A DNA stretch of 63,883 nucleotides from Clostridia bacterium (GTDB lineage: Bacteria > Bacillota > Clostridia > Oscillospirales > CAG-272). A model generated the notes under the pieces. It saw nothing but the letters and a program-made list of their open reading frames with translations, made no database searches and was not told the origin of the DNA. Below, piece by piece: positions 39,106 through 47,988 of this stretch. Each line of letters starts with the position of its first letter. Within the stretch, counting starts at the first letter, position 1. The position numbers were made by a program, and so were the translations under genes. The stretch spans positions 1 through 63,883 of the forward strand of contig JAFWXZ010000032.1 of NCBI GenBank assembly GCA_017522795.1. The letters are read 5' to 3'.

Positions 39106-39130
39106 ATACTTTCTCCTTGTTTTTTCTTAT

Positions 39131-39259
39131 ATTATACCACACCAAAGCGAAAAAGTAAATAGGACGATTTGATTTCTCAAACCGCCCTGTTTTTATTTAG
39201 TTAGAATTTCTTGTCTCGCAAGATGTTCATTGCTTCGCCGATACAGTCAATATGAAGTA
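39131..39259 (-). repeat. cotJC-3'-end repeat copy 1 (GEAMNILRDKKF*)
   Basis: tacttcatattgactgta-tc-GGCGAAGCAATGAACATCTTGCGAGACAAGAAATTCTAA..agggcggtttga-gaaa-tcaaatcgtcct; TTTACT-17-TATAAT. Confidence 0.9.
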
Positions 39260-39276
39260 ATGTTGTTCGCTAAAAA

Positions 39277-39705
39277 TCATTTATACCTTTTATCAAATCT
39301 ATAAATTCTATATGAGTTTTGCTGTAGCCTTAAATAGATTCCTAATACAAGTTTTATTAATCCAAACAAAACCAACAAAATAGTGACTGCCTTGATTGAA
39401 AAAACGTTAGTTATTACTAAAATAGCATATTGAATAGGGAGAGTAATCAAAAATACAAGGTATAAATTATAAAAGAATTTATACTCCTTGGGATATACAG
39501 TATGTTCATTTATGTAATCAAAAGTGAATCGATCAAAAAATGACTTCGAACTATGTATCTTTTTAGCACTTTTCCTATTTCTTTTTGACAATAAGAAGCT
39601 AAAAAGCAGACCACGAAAATCCACGAATATGATTATATCTAAAAGAACTAAAAGTATATATAAAACGAGGATTATTTCATTCATTGATAAATTGCTCCTT
39701 TCCAT
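39277..39705 (-). CDS. Hypothetical 3-TM membrane protein (cassette 1)
   Basis: AT-rich hydrophobic ORF; promoter at 39720-39748. Confidence 0.75.
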   Translation of the reverse strand: MERSNLSMNEIILVLYILLVLLDIIIFVDFRGLLFSFLLSKRNRKSAKKIHSSKSFFDRFTFDYINEHTVYPKEYKFFYNLYLVFLITLPIQYAILVITNVFSIKAVTILLVLFGLIKLVLGIYLRLQQNSYRIYRFDKRYK

Positions 39706-39719
39706 TCATTTTCAATTAT

Positions 39720-39780
39720 ATTATACCACACCATAACGAAAAAGTAAAGAGCGATTTGATTTCTCAAACCGCCCTGTTTT
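39720..39780 (-). terminator. cotJC terminator hairpin whose T-tract doubles as the -35 of the next promoter
   Basis: agggcggtttga-gaaa-tcaaatcgctct; TTTACT-17-TATAAT. Confidence 0.75.
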
Positions 39781-39787
39781 TATTTAG

Positions 39788-40345
39788 TTAGAAATTCTTA
39801 TCTCTCAGGATGTTCATCGCTTCTCCGAAGCGCTGGAAGTGGACGATCTCGCGCTGGCGGAGAAATTTGATGGCGTCGTTGACGTCGGGATCATCGGAGA
39901 GGCGGAGAATGTTATCGTACATTGCTCTTGCCTTCTGCTCTGCCGCAAGGTCCTCGTGGATCGAGGCGAGGGCGTCCTCCTTAGAGGCTATAGATGCCGC
40001 ATTAAAGGGCATTCCCGATGCGGATGCGGGGAATATGCCTGCGCCGTGGTCGACGTAATACTTATCAAATCCGCCTGCGATAATCTCGTCGGGAGTGAGA
40101 TTTCGTGTAAGCTGATAAACAATGCTGGCTACCATCTCCTGATGGCCCATTTCTTCTGTTCCGACATCGGTCAGGATGCCCACTACTTTTCCGTCGGGCA
40201 TAGTGTAGCGCTGGTTAAGATAGCGCATTGCCGCGCCCGTTTCACCGTCGGGACCGCCGAGTGCAGTAATTATAATGCTCGCAAGACGAGGATTAGGACG
40301 CTCGATCTTTACGGGATGCTGAAGCTGCTTCTGATATATCCACAT
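39788..40345 (-). CDS. cotJC: Manganese catalase-family spore coat protein CotJC
   Basis: MWIYQKQLQHPVKI, LGGPDGE, RYLNQR, DVGTEEMGH, EDLAAEQKAR, REIVHFQRFGEA. Confidence 0.95.
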   Translation of the reverse strand: MWIYQKQLQHPVKIERPNPRLASIIITALGGPDGETGAAMRYLNQRYTMPDGKVVGILTDVGTEEMGHQEMVASIVYQLTRNLTPDEIIAGGFDKYYVDHGAGIFPASASGMPFNAASIASKEDALASIHEDLAAEQKARAMYDNILRLSDDPDVNDAIKFLRQREIVHFQRFGEAMNILRDKNF

Positions 40346-40346
40346 A

Positions 40347-40799
40347 CTATCTGTCCCCCTCTCTCATAAAGTCGCCTGCCTGCTGCCAGGGCCAGGGGCC
40401 GTCTACCCAATGCCACTGATCGGTGCTGACGTTGCCCATAGCGGTCAGAGGTCCTACGGTGTTCTCGTACTCCTCGGTGAGCCTTTTCAGCTCCTCGACG
40501 GTCTGATAATAGTAATCAAGCGCCGTGCGGCATCTGGGGTGGGTATCAAGATAAAGCTCAAGCTCTACCTTTACGAAGCAGAGCGCACGGATCTGCTCGG
40601 CAAGACTGCCCGAAAGAGCCGCGCCGTTTGCATTTCTGCCACCTCTGCCGTTTCCATTCGGGGCGGTATAGCCGCCGTTCATATTGGTGCCGTTATAGTT
40701 GGTACCGTTCATGTCGGTGCGACCGCCTGTGCCGTTGTTTGTAACACCGCCAACGCGACCGTTCATATTGTTCATACCATTATTTCTCGCTCTATTCAC
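40347..40799 (-). CDS. cotJB: Spore coat protein CotJB with Gly/Asn-rich N-terminal extension
   Basis: F..VELELYLDTHP..ALDYY..YE..VGPL..WHWVDGPWPWQ; GTG start overlaps cotJA stop. Confidence 0.88.
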   Translation of the reverse strand: MNRARNNGMNNMNGRVGGVTNNGTGGRTDMNGTNYNGTNMNGGYTAPNGNGRGGRNANGAALSGSLAEQIRALCFVKVELELYLDTHPRCRTALDYYYQTVEELKRLTEEYENTVGPLTAMGNVSTDQWHWVDGPWPWQQAGDFMREGDR

Positions 40800-41130
40800 G
40801 ACCGTACACCTCCATAGGCTTATACAGCTCCTCAAAGAGCGTGCCGTGCCTTAACGCATCGTTTGCCGAATAGAGCATACGAAAGACCTGGTCGGGAGCG
40901 TAGACGTAGGCGAGAGGCATTCTGTCAAGGCAGGTTCCTGTGCCGCCGCAGGCGTGGTTTCCCTGAACACCGCCGACAGTGCCGTTATTGCCACCGCAGC
41001 CGCCCATACCGTTGTTTCCTCCGCAACCGTTGCCACAGCCGTTTCCGCAACCGCCGTCGCCCGTGTTGCCGCCCATATCGGTCACGCCGCCAACAGAGCC
41101 GTTCGGATATCCGTTTTCATTTTTATCCAT
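40792..41130 (-). CDS. cotJA: Spore coat protein CotJA with Gly/Cys/Asn-rich N-terminal extension
   Basis: PLAYVYAPDQ..Y...ALRHGTLFEELYKP. Confidence 0.88.
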   Translation of the reverse strand: MDKNENGYPNGSVGGVTDMGGNTGDGGCGNGCGNGCGGNNGMGGCGGNNGTVGGVQGNHACGGTGTCLDRMPLAYVYAPDQVFRMLYSANDALRHGTLFEELYKPMEVYGRE

Positions 41131-41212
41131 TTTTTACTGTTTTCCTTGTTGTTTTTGCGGTCAATTATTAAACAAACCGCTATAAGCATTATACGGTTTT
41201 CGCCAAAATTTG

Positions 41213-41848
41213 CTACTCTGAGATACCCCGCCGCATAAGGCTGAATGAGAGAAAAAGGATAATTGAAAACACGGAAAAACCGCATAGGAGAATTGCCCTG
41301 CCTGTCAGAACGGAGTTTGCGCCAAGCAAAGCAAAAACCGAGTACTGCAGATTGAAAACGGACATAAGCGAGGTGGACAAAGAGATGCTGCGCGCGGTGA
41401 AATAAAGGTGATTCTCACCGTCGCGGTGGCGGCGCAGGTCCATGAACGATCGGGTGACCGAATATACGGTAAACGCGAGAAAGCCAAGCAAGATCAGCCC
41501 CGAATAGCTGGCGTAGCTACCGCGGCGAATGGAATACAGCATTATAGAGGCAGATGCAAGGTCGAGAAGCAGAAGCAAAATACCTACGCGAAGGCAGATA
41601 CGCCGTCCGTTTGCTTCATCCGCGCGGGTGCGTCCTACAGTGAGCAGATATAGTCTGATGATTATCAGCATAAGGTGATAAACCGTCAGTGTTGCAGACC
41701 AGATGCTGTGATAGAGGATAGCTGATGCGGCATTGGTGGCAATGTATAGGAAATTCATAAAAGAACCGCCGAGAAGAACGATAATGATTCTGGCAGTAGG
41801 ATTTTCTATGAAAAGATTAAAACAACTCAATAATTTATCTTTTTTCAT
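41213..41848 (-). CDS. Hypothetical multi-pass membrane protein
   Basis: About 6 TM segments. Confidence 0.65.
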   Translation of the reverse strand: MKKDKLLSCFNLFIENPTARIIIVLLGGSFMNFLYIATNAASAILYHSIWSATLTVYHLMLIIIRLYLLTVGRTRADEANGRRICLRVGILLLLLDLASASIMLYSIRRGSYASYSGLILLGFLAFTVYSVTRSFMDLRRHRDGENHLYFTARSISLSTSLMSVFNLQYSVFALLGANSVLTGRAILLCGFSVFSIILFLSFSLMRRGISE

Positions 41849-41898
41849 AGGATTATTTTGCCCGTAGATAAAATTATTATTTACATCGCGGCTTTTTC

Positions 41899-41927
41899 TT
41901 GACTTAAAGGATAAAATATATTATAAT
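41899..41927 (+). promoter_or_regulatory. sigmaA promoter
   Basis: TTGACT-17-TATAAT. Confidence 0.7.
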
Positions 41928-41949
41928 GTATAAGAAAGGCGGTGAAGCT

Positions 41950-42492
41950 ATGGGCGCGGTATATGAATTTGAAAAGGAAAAAATGATAATAGGCGTGATC
42001 TATCACGACAGAGCCCTGCTTCAACGCGCGATAGAGATACTTACCGCGGAGTTTGGCGAGATCGAGGCGGAGAGCGAGGAGTTTTCTTTTTCGAAGGAGT
42101 TCTCCACCTACTACGACAAGGAGCTGGGTGGCGAGGGTCTACGAAGGATCCTAAGCTTCAAGGAGCTTATAGATCCCGCAAGGCAGTCGGAGATCAAGCT
42201 TCGCACAAATGCCATTGAGCTTGAGCTTTCTCCCGAGGGAAGCAGGGTAATCAATCTTGACCCGGGCTTTATAAACCACGGCAGACTTATGCTTGCTACC
42301 ACGAAGGAAACAGGCTTTCGCGTTCCGCTGACAGACGGAATATATACCGAGCTGACGCTGTTCTGGGCAAGGGGCGGATGGCAGAAATTTCCCTGGACGT
42401 ACAGGGATTATCAGTCCGAGCGAGTGCAGAATTTTATCACTGAGGTAAGACGCACTTATTTAGCTCAAAGACGCGAAAAATCAGGCAAATAA
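41950..42492 (+). CDS. DUF4416-family protein
   Basis: TYYDKELG, IKLRTNAIE, RVINLDPG, LATTK, GIYTELTL, FPWTYRDY. Confidence 0.8.
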   Translation: MGAVYEFEKEKMIIGVIYHDRALLQRAIEILTAEFGEIEAESEEFSFSKEFSTYYDKELGGEGLRRILSFKELIDPARQSEIKLRTNAIELELSPEGSRVINLDPGFINHGRLMLATTKETGFRVPLTDGIYTELTLFWARGGWQKFPWTYRDYQSERVQNFITEVRRTYLAQRREKSGK

Positions 42493-42551
42493 TATAACAA
42501 AACAATGATAAACCGCGATTTTTGTCGCAAAAAACAGGAGAAAACAAAGAA

Positions 42552-43796
42552 ATGAGAGATTACGGTCTTATAAGAGAAAACGACCCCCGTCTGTTCGATG
42601 CTATCACCAAGGAGACCGATAGGCAGAGAAATAAAATAGAGCTTATCGCTTCGGAGAATTTTGTTTCCGAGGTGGTGATGGAGGCGAACGGCACTACCCT
42701 TACCAACAAGTATGCCGAGGGTTATCCAGGCAGAAGATACTACGGCGGCTGTGAGCACGTGGACACCGTTGAATCAATTGCTATAGAGCGCGCGAAGGAG
42801 CTTTTCGGCGCGGGGTATGCCAACGTACAGCCACACTCGGGAGCGCAGGCAAATATGGCTGTGTTCTTTGCACTGCTTGAGCCCGGCGATACTATTCTTT
42901 CCATGAACCTTGCCCACGGCGGTCATCTCAGCCACGGCTCACCCGTAAACATTTCGGGAAAATACTGGAAGATCGTGCCCTACGGTGTCACACGCGAGGG
43001 TGGAGTGATAGATTACGACGAGGTTAGACGTCTTGCACTTGAAAGCAAGCCTAAAATGATCCTTGCAGGTGCTTCTGCATACCCGAGAGTGATAGATTTT
43101 AAGAAATTCCGTGAAATTGCCGACGAGGTAGGCGCATATTTAATGGTTGATATGGCTCATATCGCAGGTTTAGTTGCCGCGGGAGAGCATCCGTCGCCTA
43201 TTCCCTATGCTCACGTGACAACAACTACCACTCATAAGACTCTCAGAGGCCCGAGAGGAGGTCTGATTTTGTCAAATGATGAGGAAATCGCTAAAAAAAT
43301 CGATAAATCTATCTTCCCGGGTACTCAAGGCGGCCCACTTATGCACACAATAGCGGCAAAAGCTGTCTGCTTCGGCGAGGCTTTGAAGCCTGAATTCAAG
43401 ATTTATGCGAAAAATGTGATTAAGAACTGCTCAGCACTTGCCGACGAGCTTGTAAAGGAAGGCTTCAAGCTTGTCTCGGGCGGCACGGACAATCATCTGC
43501 TGCTTCTTGACCTGACGGGAATGACTGTGGATACTGGTAAGGAAGCCGAGCATCTTCTTGACGAGGTAGGAATAACCTGCAACAAAAATGCGATTCCCTT
43601 CGATACGCAGAAGCCCTTTGTCACCAGCGGCTTGCGCCTTGGCTCTGCGGCTGTGACCACAAGAGGCTTTGTGGAAGAGGATATGCGCGAGGTAGCAAGG
43701 ATAATCGCCATAACATTAAAGGACTATGAAAACAAGTCTGAGGAAGCAAAGATGCGTGTAAACGCCCTCTGCAAAAAGTATCCTCTGTACGAGTAA
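42552..43796 (+). CDS. glyA: Serine hydroxymethyltransferase
   Basis: [37 protein letters not shown]. Confidence 0.98.
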   Translation: MRDYGLIRENDPRLFDAITKETDRQRNKIELIASENFVSEVVMEANGTTLTNKYAEGYPGRRYYGGCEHVDTVESIAIERAKELFGAGYANVQPHSGAQANMAVFFALLEPGDTILSMNLAHGGHLSHGSPVNISGKYWKIVPYGVTREGGVIDYDEVRRLALESKPKMILAGASAYPRVIDFKKFREIADEVGAYLMVDMAHIAGLVAAGEHPSPIPYAHVTTTTTHKTLRGPRGGLILSNDEEIAKKIDKSIFPGTQGGPLMHTIAAKAVCFGEALKPEFKIYAKNVIKNCSALADELVKEGFKLVSGGTDNHLLLLDLTGMTVDTGKEAEHLLDEVGITCNKNAIPFDTQKPFVTSGLRLGSAAVTTRGFVEEDMREVARIIAITLKDYENKSEEAKMRVNALCKKYPLYE

Positions 43797-44446
43797 TTTT
43801 GGCATCAATAAAATTAAGATTGGCATTTAAATAAAAAGAAAACCAAAAAGCTATCCGATATAGTTTCGGATAGCTTTTTCTTATAAAAACAATAATAAAT
43901 GAGGTGGAAAATCGAGTTAAAATGGTGGATACCACTCTAAAAAACACCGTTTTAAGCGCTGAATCAGCCCTAAAAACAGCCTTAAAGACTTGAATTAACG
44001 GAAAAATTAAGTTTTCCATACTTTTATATTATTTTGAAAACCTTTTTACTTGTTTTTTTGAAATTTCTGCGAGTTTTATAATTTTTTCGCTTATTTTTGC
44101 CCAAAATTTCAATTTTTATTCGGTTTTTCAAGATTTTTTCGTTAAAAAACAAATTTTGATCGAAAATTACGCGGTTTTTGCAAACTTTTTATGTAAACAA
44201 AAGTTAGGGTTTTAAGCGATTTTGAGGGTTAATTCGAGGCAAAATCCTTTATTTGCGACTTTCGCCGTAGCTTGATGAAATTTCGCTATGCTATCAGTTC
44301 AAAAGGCTGCGCGGAAAACCAAATCTTACTCATTTTCATCATCTTAATTATTTTGATGTGATTTATGATATAATATGATAAAAGATTTGCGAGTTTTTTG
44401 CCCTATCCGCAATAAATATACACATATAAATTCAATTAAGAATATA

Positions 44447-44482
44447 AAAAAATGGGTGACCAGCAGGTGGTCACCCATTTTC
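44447..44482 (-). terminator. rplL terminator
   Basis: aaaatgggtgacc-agca-ggt..ggtcacccatttt inverted repeat. Confidence 0.75.
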
Positions 44483-44497
44483 TCTATGAAGATGAAA

Positions 44498-44869
44498 TTA
44501 CTTAACCTCAACCTCTGCGCCTGCAGCCTTGAGCTGCTCAGCGATCTTCTCAGCCTCGTCCTTTGCGATGCCTTCCTTGATGGTCTTAGGAGCTGCCTCA
44601 ACGAGGTCCTTAGCGTCCTTAAGGCCAAGACCGGTAAGCTCACGAACAACCTTGATAACGTTGAGCTTGGAAGCGCCTGCTGCCTTAAGTACAACGTCAA
44701 ACTCGGTCTTCTCCTCAACGGGAGCTGCTGCTGCGCCGGGAGCTGCTGCTACTGCTACGGGAGCTGCGGATACACCGAACTCCTCCTCAAGTGCCTTTAC
44801 GAGATCTGCGAGTTCAAGAATGGTAAGACCCTTTACGATTTCAAGGATCTGAGTAGACTTTTCGTTCAT
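44498..44869 (-). CDS. rplL: 50S ribosomal protein L7/L12
   Basis: [32 protein letters not shown]. Confidence 0.98.
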   Translation of the reverse strand: MNEKSTQILEIVKGLTILELADLVKALEEEFGVSAAPVAVAAAPGAAAAPVEEKTEFDVVLKAAGASKLNVIKVVRELTGLGLKDAKDLVEAAPKTIKEGIAKDEAEKIAEQLKAAGAEVEVK

Positions 44870-44924
44870 TTTAAAATCCTCCGTTATTTAAGAAATTTTA
44901 TACTGTGTAAATGTGTTGCAGAAA

Positions 44925-45470
44925 TTAAGCCTCTGCAGGAGCTTCCTCGGTAGCTGCTTCCTCAGCGGGAGCTGCCTCACCGTCTTTGTCGATAATTGCC
45001 TGAAGTACGTATGCAAAGCTGTAAAGGGACGACTGAAGGCTGCCCATCATACGACCAATGAGTACTTCCTTAGAGGGAGTCTCTGCAAGGTCAATAACGC
45101 CTGCCTGATCAAGTAAACCACCGTCAACGAAACCAGCCTTGATCTCGAAGCCCTTAACCTTATCGGCATACTGCTTCATAATCTTTGCTGCTGCGATGGG
45201 ATCGTCCTGGCTGATTGCGATTGCGGTCATACCGTTAAGGTGCTGCTTCATATCACCGTAACCTGCGATGTCGCAAGCACGACCGGTGAGGGTGTTCTTC
45301 ATAACGGTGTATTCTACACCAGCCTTACGAAGAGCCGCACGAAGCTCGGTATCCTCAGCCACTGTAATGCCTTCATACTTCACGAGAACGCCTGCTGCAG
45401 CGGACTGGAGCTTAGCGGCAAGTGCTTCAACGACCTGCTTCTTCTCTTCAAGAATCTTATTACTTGGCAT
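44925..45470 (-). CDS. rplJ: 50S ribosomal protein L10
   Basis: ELRAALR..VMKNTL, IKAGFVDG, PSKEVLI; directly upstream of rplL. Confidence 0.96.
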   Translation of the reverse strand: MPSNKILEEKKQVVEALAAKLQSAAAGVLVKYEGITVAEDTELRAALRKAGVEYTVMKNTLTGRACDIAGYGDMKQHLNGMTAIAISQDDPIAAAKIMKQYADKVKGFEIKAGFVDGGLLDQAGVIDLAETPSKEVLIGRMMGSLQSSLYSFAYVLQAIIDKDGEAAPAEEAATEEAPAEA

Positions 45471-45496
45471 TTTTTCACCTCCATAAAAATTCAATA

Positions 45497-45626
45497 AAAA
45501 ATATCCTTTTCCGAGCTTGGCGCAAACCACCCCCGAGAAAAGGACAACAATAATACAAATATTAAAGTTTACTTACCTCGGCAGGAAAGCTGACGCTTTT
45601 ACCGGAACCTGCTGTCTTCGGACTTA
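45497..45626 (-). ncRNA. L10 leader (rplJ autoregulatory RNA) with attenuator hairpin
   Basis: Minus strand ccgAAGACAGCAGG...CCTGCCGAGGt, then tcctttctcgg..cggaaaagga-tatttttt before rplJ. Confidence 0.8.
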
Positions 45627-45752
45627 GTTATTATACAATATTATTTATTATTTGTCAATAGGTTTATGAAAAGTTTTTTAAAATTATTTATGCATAAGAG
45701 TATAATCTGTCGCGGCAGAGTTTACCGTGCCACCTCACCTTACGTAAGGATG

Positions 45753-45959
45753 CTAATTTTTATCCTTAGTATATACCATAACGTCCTCAACTCTGCAATC
45801 AAGAATTGTGCAAAGATCATTAAGAGTGACCGTAGTTATAGGTCTGTTATGCTTGAGTCTGTCGATAAGACCGCGACTGATATTATATTTGTTAATAAGA
45901 GTATAGGTAGTTATACCTTTCTCTTTCATCGTCTTGTATAAAGGCTCGTAAGAAATCAT
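45753..45959 (-). CDS. Small Cro/XRE (HTH_26-like) regulator
   Basis: MISYEPLYKTMKEKGITTYTL..LNDLCTILDCRVEDV. Confidence 0.85.
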   Translation of the reverse strand: MISYEPLYKTMKEKGITTYTLINKYNISRGLIDRLKHNRPITTVTLNDLCTILDCRVEDVMVYTKDKN

Positions 45960-45986
45960 ATTTTTGTTGTAATATTATAGCATTTT

Positions 45987-46922
45987 TTAATATGTCGATT
46001 TATTCTTCAAAACTCTGTAAATAGCACGATAGCTCTCAAGACGGGTGGGCGCGATTTTACCCTCGGCAGCGGCTGCCGCGACGGCACATTCATCCACTCC
46101 CTCGCCAACGTGGGCGCAGTCGGCATAGCGACACTTACCTAAGTAGGGCAAAAGCTCGGGGAATGTGGGAAGAAGCTCCTCAAGCGAGAAGAAGTCAAAG
46201 CGGGCAAAATCAATAAGCGAGAAGCCCGGTGTATCGGCAAGGAAGCCCGTTTCGACGCTATTTTCAATATCAAAGATCTCAACGTGGCGGGTGGTATGTC
46301 TGCCGCGCTCGATCTTGCGTGAGATCTCTGCGGTGGCAAGAGTAAGGCTGGGGAAAAGGGTGTTCATCAGAGTGGATTTACCTACGCCCGACGCACCTGC
46401 AAAGGCAGAGGTCTTGCCCGATATCACGTTCTCCTTAATGTATGCGGCAAGCTCGGCGGTACCAATGCCAGCCTCGGAGGAGGTGACGAAGGTGGGAATC
46501 CCCACAAGACGATATATAGCCGCGTACTCCTCTGCCGCCTCCGACTGAAGATCCGACTTTGTGATAACGACGACGGGGGTAATGGAGTTATAATTTGCGA
46601 TAGCGATAAGCTTGTCCACCGTTTCAATGACGGGCGAGGGCTTTGCCGCCGCAAAAACTATGAAAAGATAATCAAGATTGGCAAGTGGGGGACGGATAAG
46701 CGAATTTTTGCGAGGGTGAATAGCCGAGATAACAATGCCGTCGGGAGTTGAATCGTCAACAGTGACGGTGACGTTATCACCTATAAGCACCTTTGCTTCA
46801 TCGCGCTTCAAAACACCCTTGGCGCGACAGGCAAGACGGTCAATCTTACCGCCCTCGTCTATTCTGACCTCGTACAGACCGCCAAGTCCCTTGACGACCT
46901 TGCCTCTTTTTTCTGTAATCAA
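45987..46922 (-). CDS. rsgA: Ribosome small subunit-dependent GTPase A
   Basis: TKSD, GASGVGKS, RGRHTT, DTPGF, CRYADCAH zinc finger. Confidence 0.96.
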   Translation of the reverse strand: MITEKRGKVVKGLGGLYEVRIDEGGKIDRLACRAKGVLKRDEAKVLIGDNVTVTVDDSTPDGIVISAIHPRKNSLIRPPLANLDYLFIVFAAAKPSPVIETVDKLIAIANYNSITPVVVITKSDLQSEAAEEYAAIYRLVGIPTFVTSSEAGIGTAELAAYIKENVISGKTSAFAGASGVGKSTLMNTLFPSLTLATAEISRKIERGRHTTRHVEIFDIENSVETGFLADTPGFSLIDFARFDFFSLEELLPTFPELLPYLGKCRYADCAHVGEGVDECAVAAAAAEGKIAPTRLESYRAIYRVLKNKSTY

Positions 46923-46923
46923 A

Positions 46924-47985
46924 TTAATTTTCTTCCTTATTTAATAAATTAGAGCGTCGAAGCTGACCGCATGCGGCGTTTACATCGCTGCCAAGTCTAC
47001 GTCTTACAGTTGCGGTTATTCCACGCCTTTCAAGCGTTTTCGCAAAGGCGTTGACCGATTCGACAGTTCCCTTCTTAAAGCCTGTTTCCTTAACCTCGTT
47101 TACGCGGATAAGATTGACGTGGATAGGTGCGCCCGAGGAACGGAATGCGCCGAGCAAAACATTTGCAAGCTCGGTGGCATCTGCCTCGCTGTCATTTTTC
47201 CCCGAGATGAGCGTGTACTCAAAGGAAATACGTCTGCCCGTCTTCTTGTAATAAGAAAGGCAGGCGGAAAGGAGGTCTGACACACCCCATTTGTTGTTTA
47301 TAGGCATAATCTCCGAGCGGCGCGTATCATTTGCCGCGTGGAGAGAAATGGACAGGGTTATTGGCAGATTTTCCTCTGCCAGCTTATTTATACCGTCAAC
47401 GACACCGCAGGTGGAAAGAGATATATGGCGGTAGCCGATATTAAGTCCGTCGGGGTGGTTGACAAGCTGAAGGAATTTAATAACGTTATCATAATTATCA
47501 AGAGGCTCGCCAATGCCCATCATAACTATGTTGGAGATGCGCTCTCCGCTATCGCGCTCGGCGGCGATAACCTGACCGAGAAGCTCGGACGGAAGGAGAT
47601 CGCGGACTCTGCCACCAATAGTAGAAGCGCAGAATTTGCAGCCCATACGGCAGCCTACCTGGCTGGAGATGCAAAGGGTATTGCCGTGCTTATAGCGCAT
47701 AAAAACACTCTCTATACAGGCTCCGTCGTACAGGCGGAAGAGGTATTTCACCATGCCGTCGATTTTGGAAACATGCTTTTCCTCCACATTAGGCAGGGTG
47801 TCAAGAGTTTCTGCCACAAGGCGCTCCCTGAGTGCCTTGGACAAATTAGTGATATCTGCTATTCGCTCACCCTTGTGAAGTCTTACAAAAACCTGCTTTG
47901 CGCGGAATTTCGGCTCACCAATCGAGAGAAAATAATCCTCAAGCTCGTGGGGCAAAAGCGAATATAAGTCAACTTTAGTTGTCAT
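46924..47985 (-). CDS. rlmN: 23S rRNA m2A2503 methyltransferase
   Basis: CISSQVGCRMGCKFC, MGIGEP, AACGQL. Confidence 0.96.
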   Translation of the reverse strand: MTTKVDLYSLLPHELEDYFLSIGEPKFRAKQVFVRLHKGERIADITNLSKALRERLVAETLDTLPNVEEKHVSKIDGMVKYLFRLYDGACIESVFMRYKHGNTLCISSQVGCRMGCKFCASTIGGRVRDLLPSELLGQVIAAERDSGERISNIVMMGIGEPLDNYDNVIKFLQLVNHPDGLNIGYRHISLSTCGVVDGINKLAEENLPITLSISLHAANDTRRSEIMPINNKWGVSDLLSACLSYYKKTGRRISFEYTLISGKNDSEADATELANVLLGAFRSSGAPIHVNLIRVNEVKETGFKKGTVESVNAFAKTLERRGITATVRRRLGSDVNAACGQLRRSNLLNKEEN

Positions 47986-47988
47986 TTT

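Noticed and set aside
37856-39826. CRISPR array interpretation of the repeats behind cotJC
   Set aside because: Units are about 600 bp and contain whole ORFs, the repeats match a coding 3' end, and no cas genes are present.
36832-39826. Classical integron
   Set aside because: No intI in the window, no attC-type RYYYAAC..GTTRRRY ends recognised, and the cassettes carry their own promoters.
43797-44446. oriC
   Set aside because: No TTATCCACA cluster and no dnaA/dnaN context.
44344-44953. ORFs 44344-44718 and 44375-44953
   Set aside because: Overlap rplL in another frame or strand; no independent evidence.
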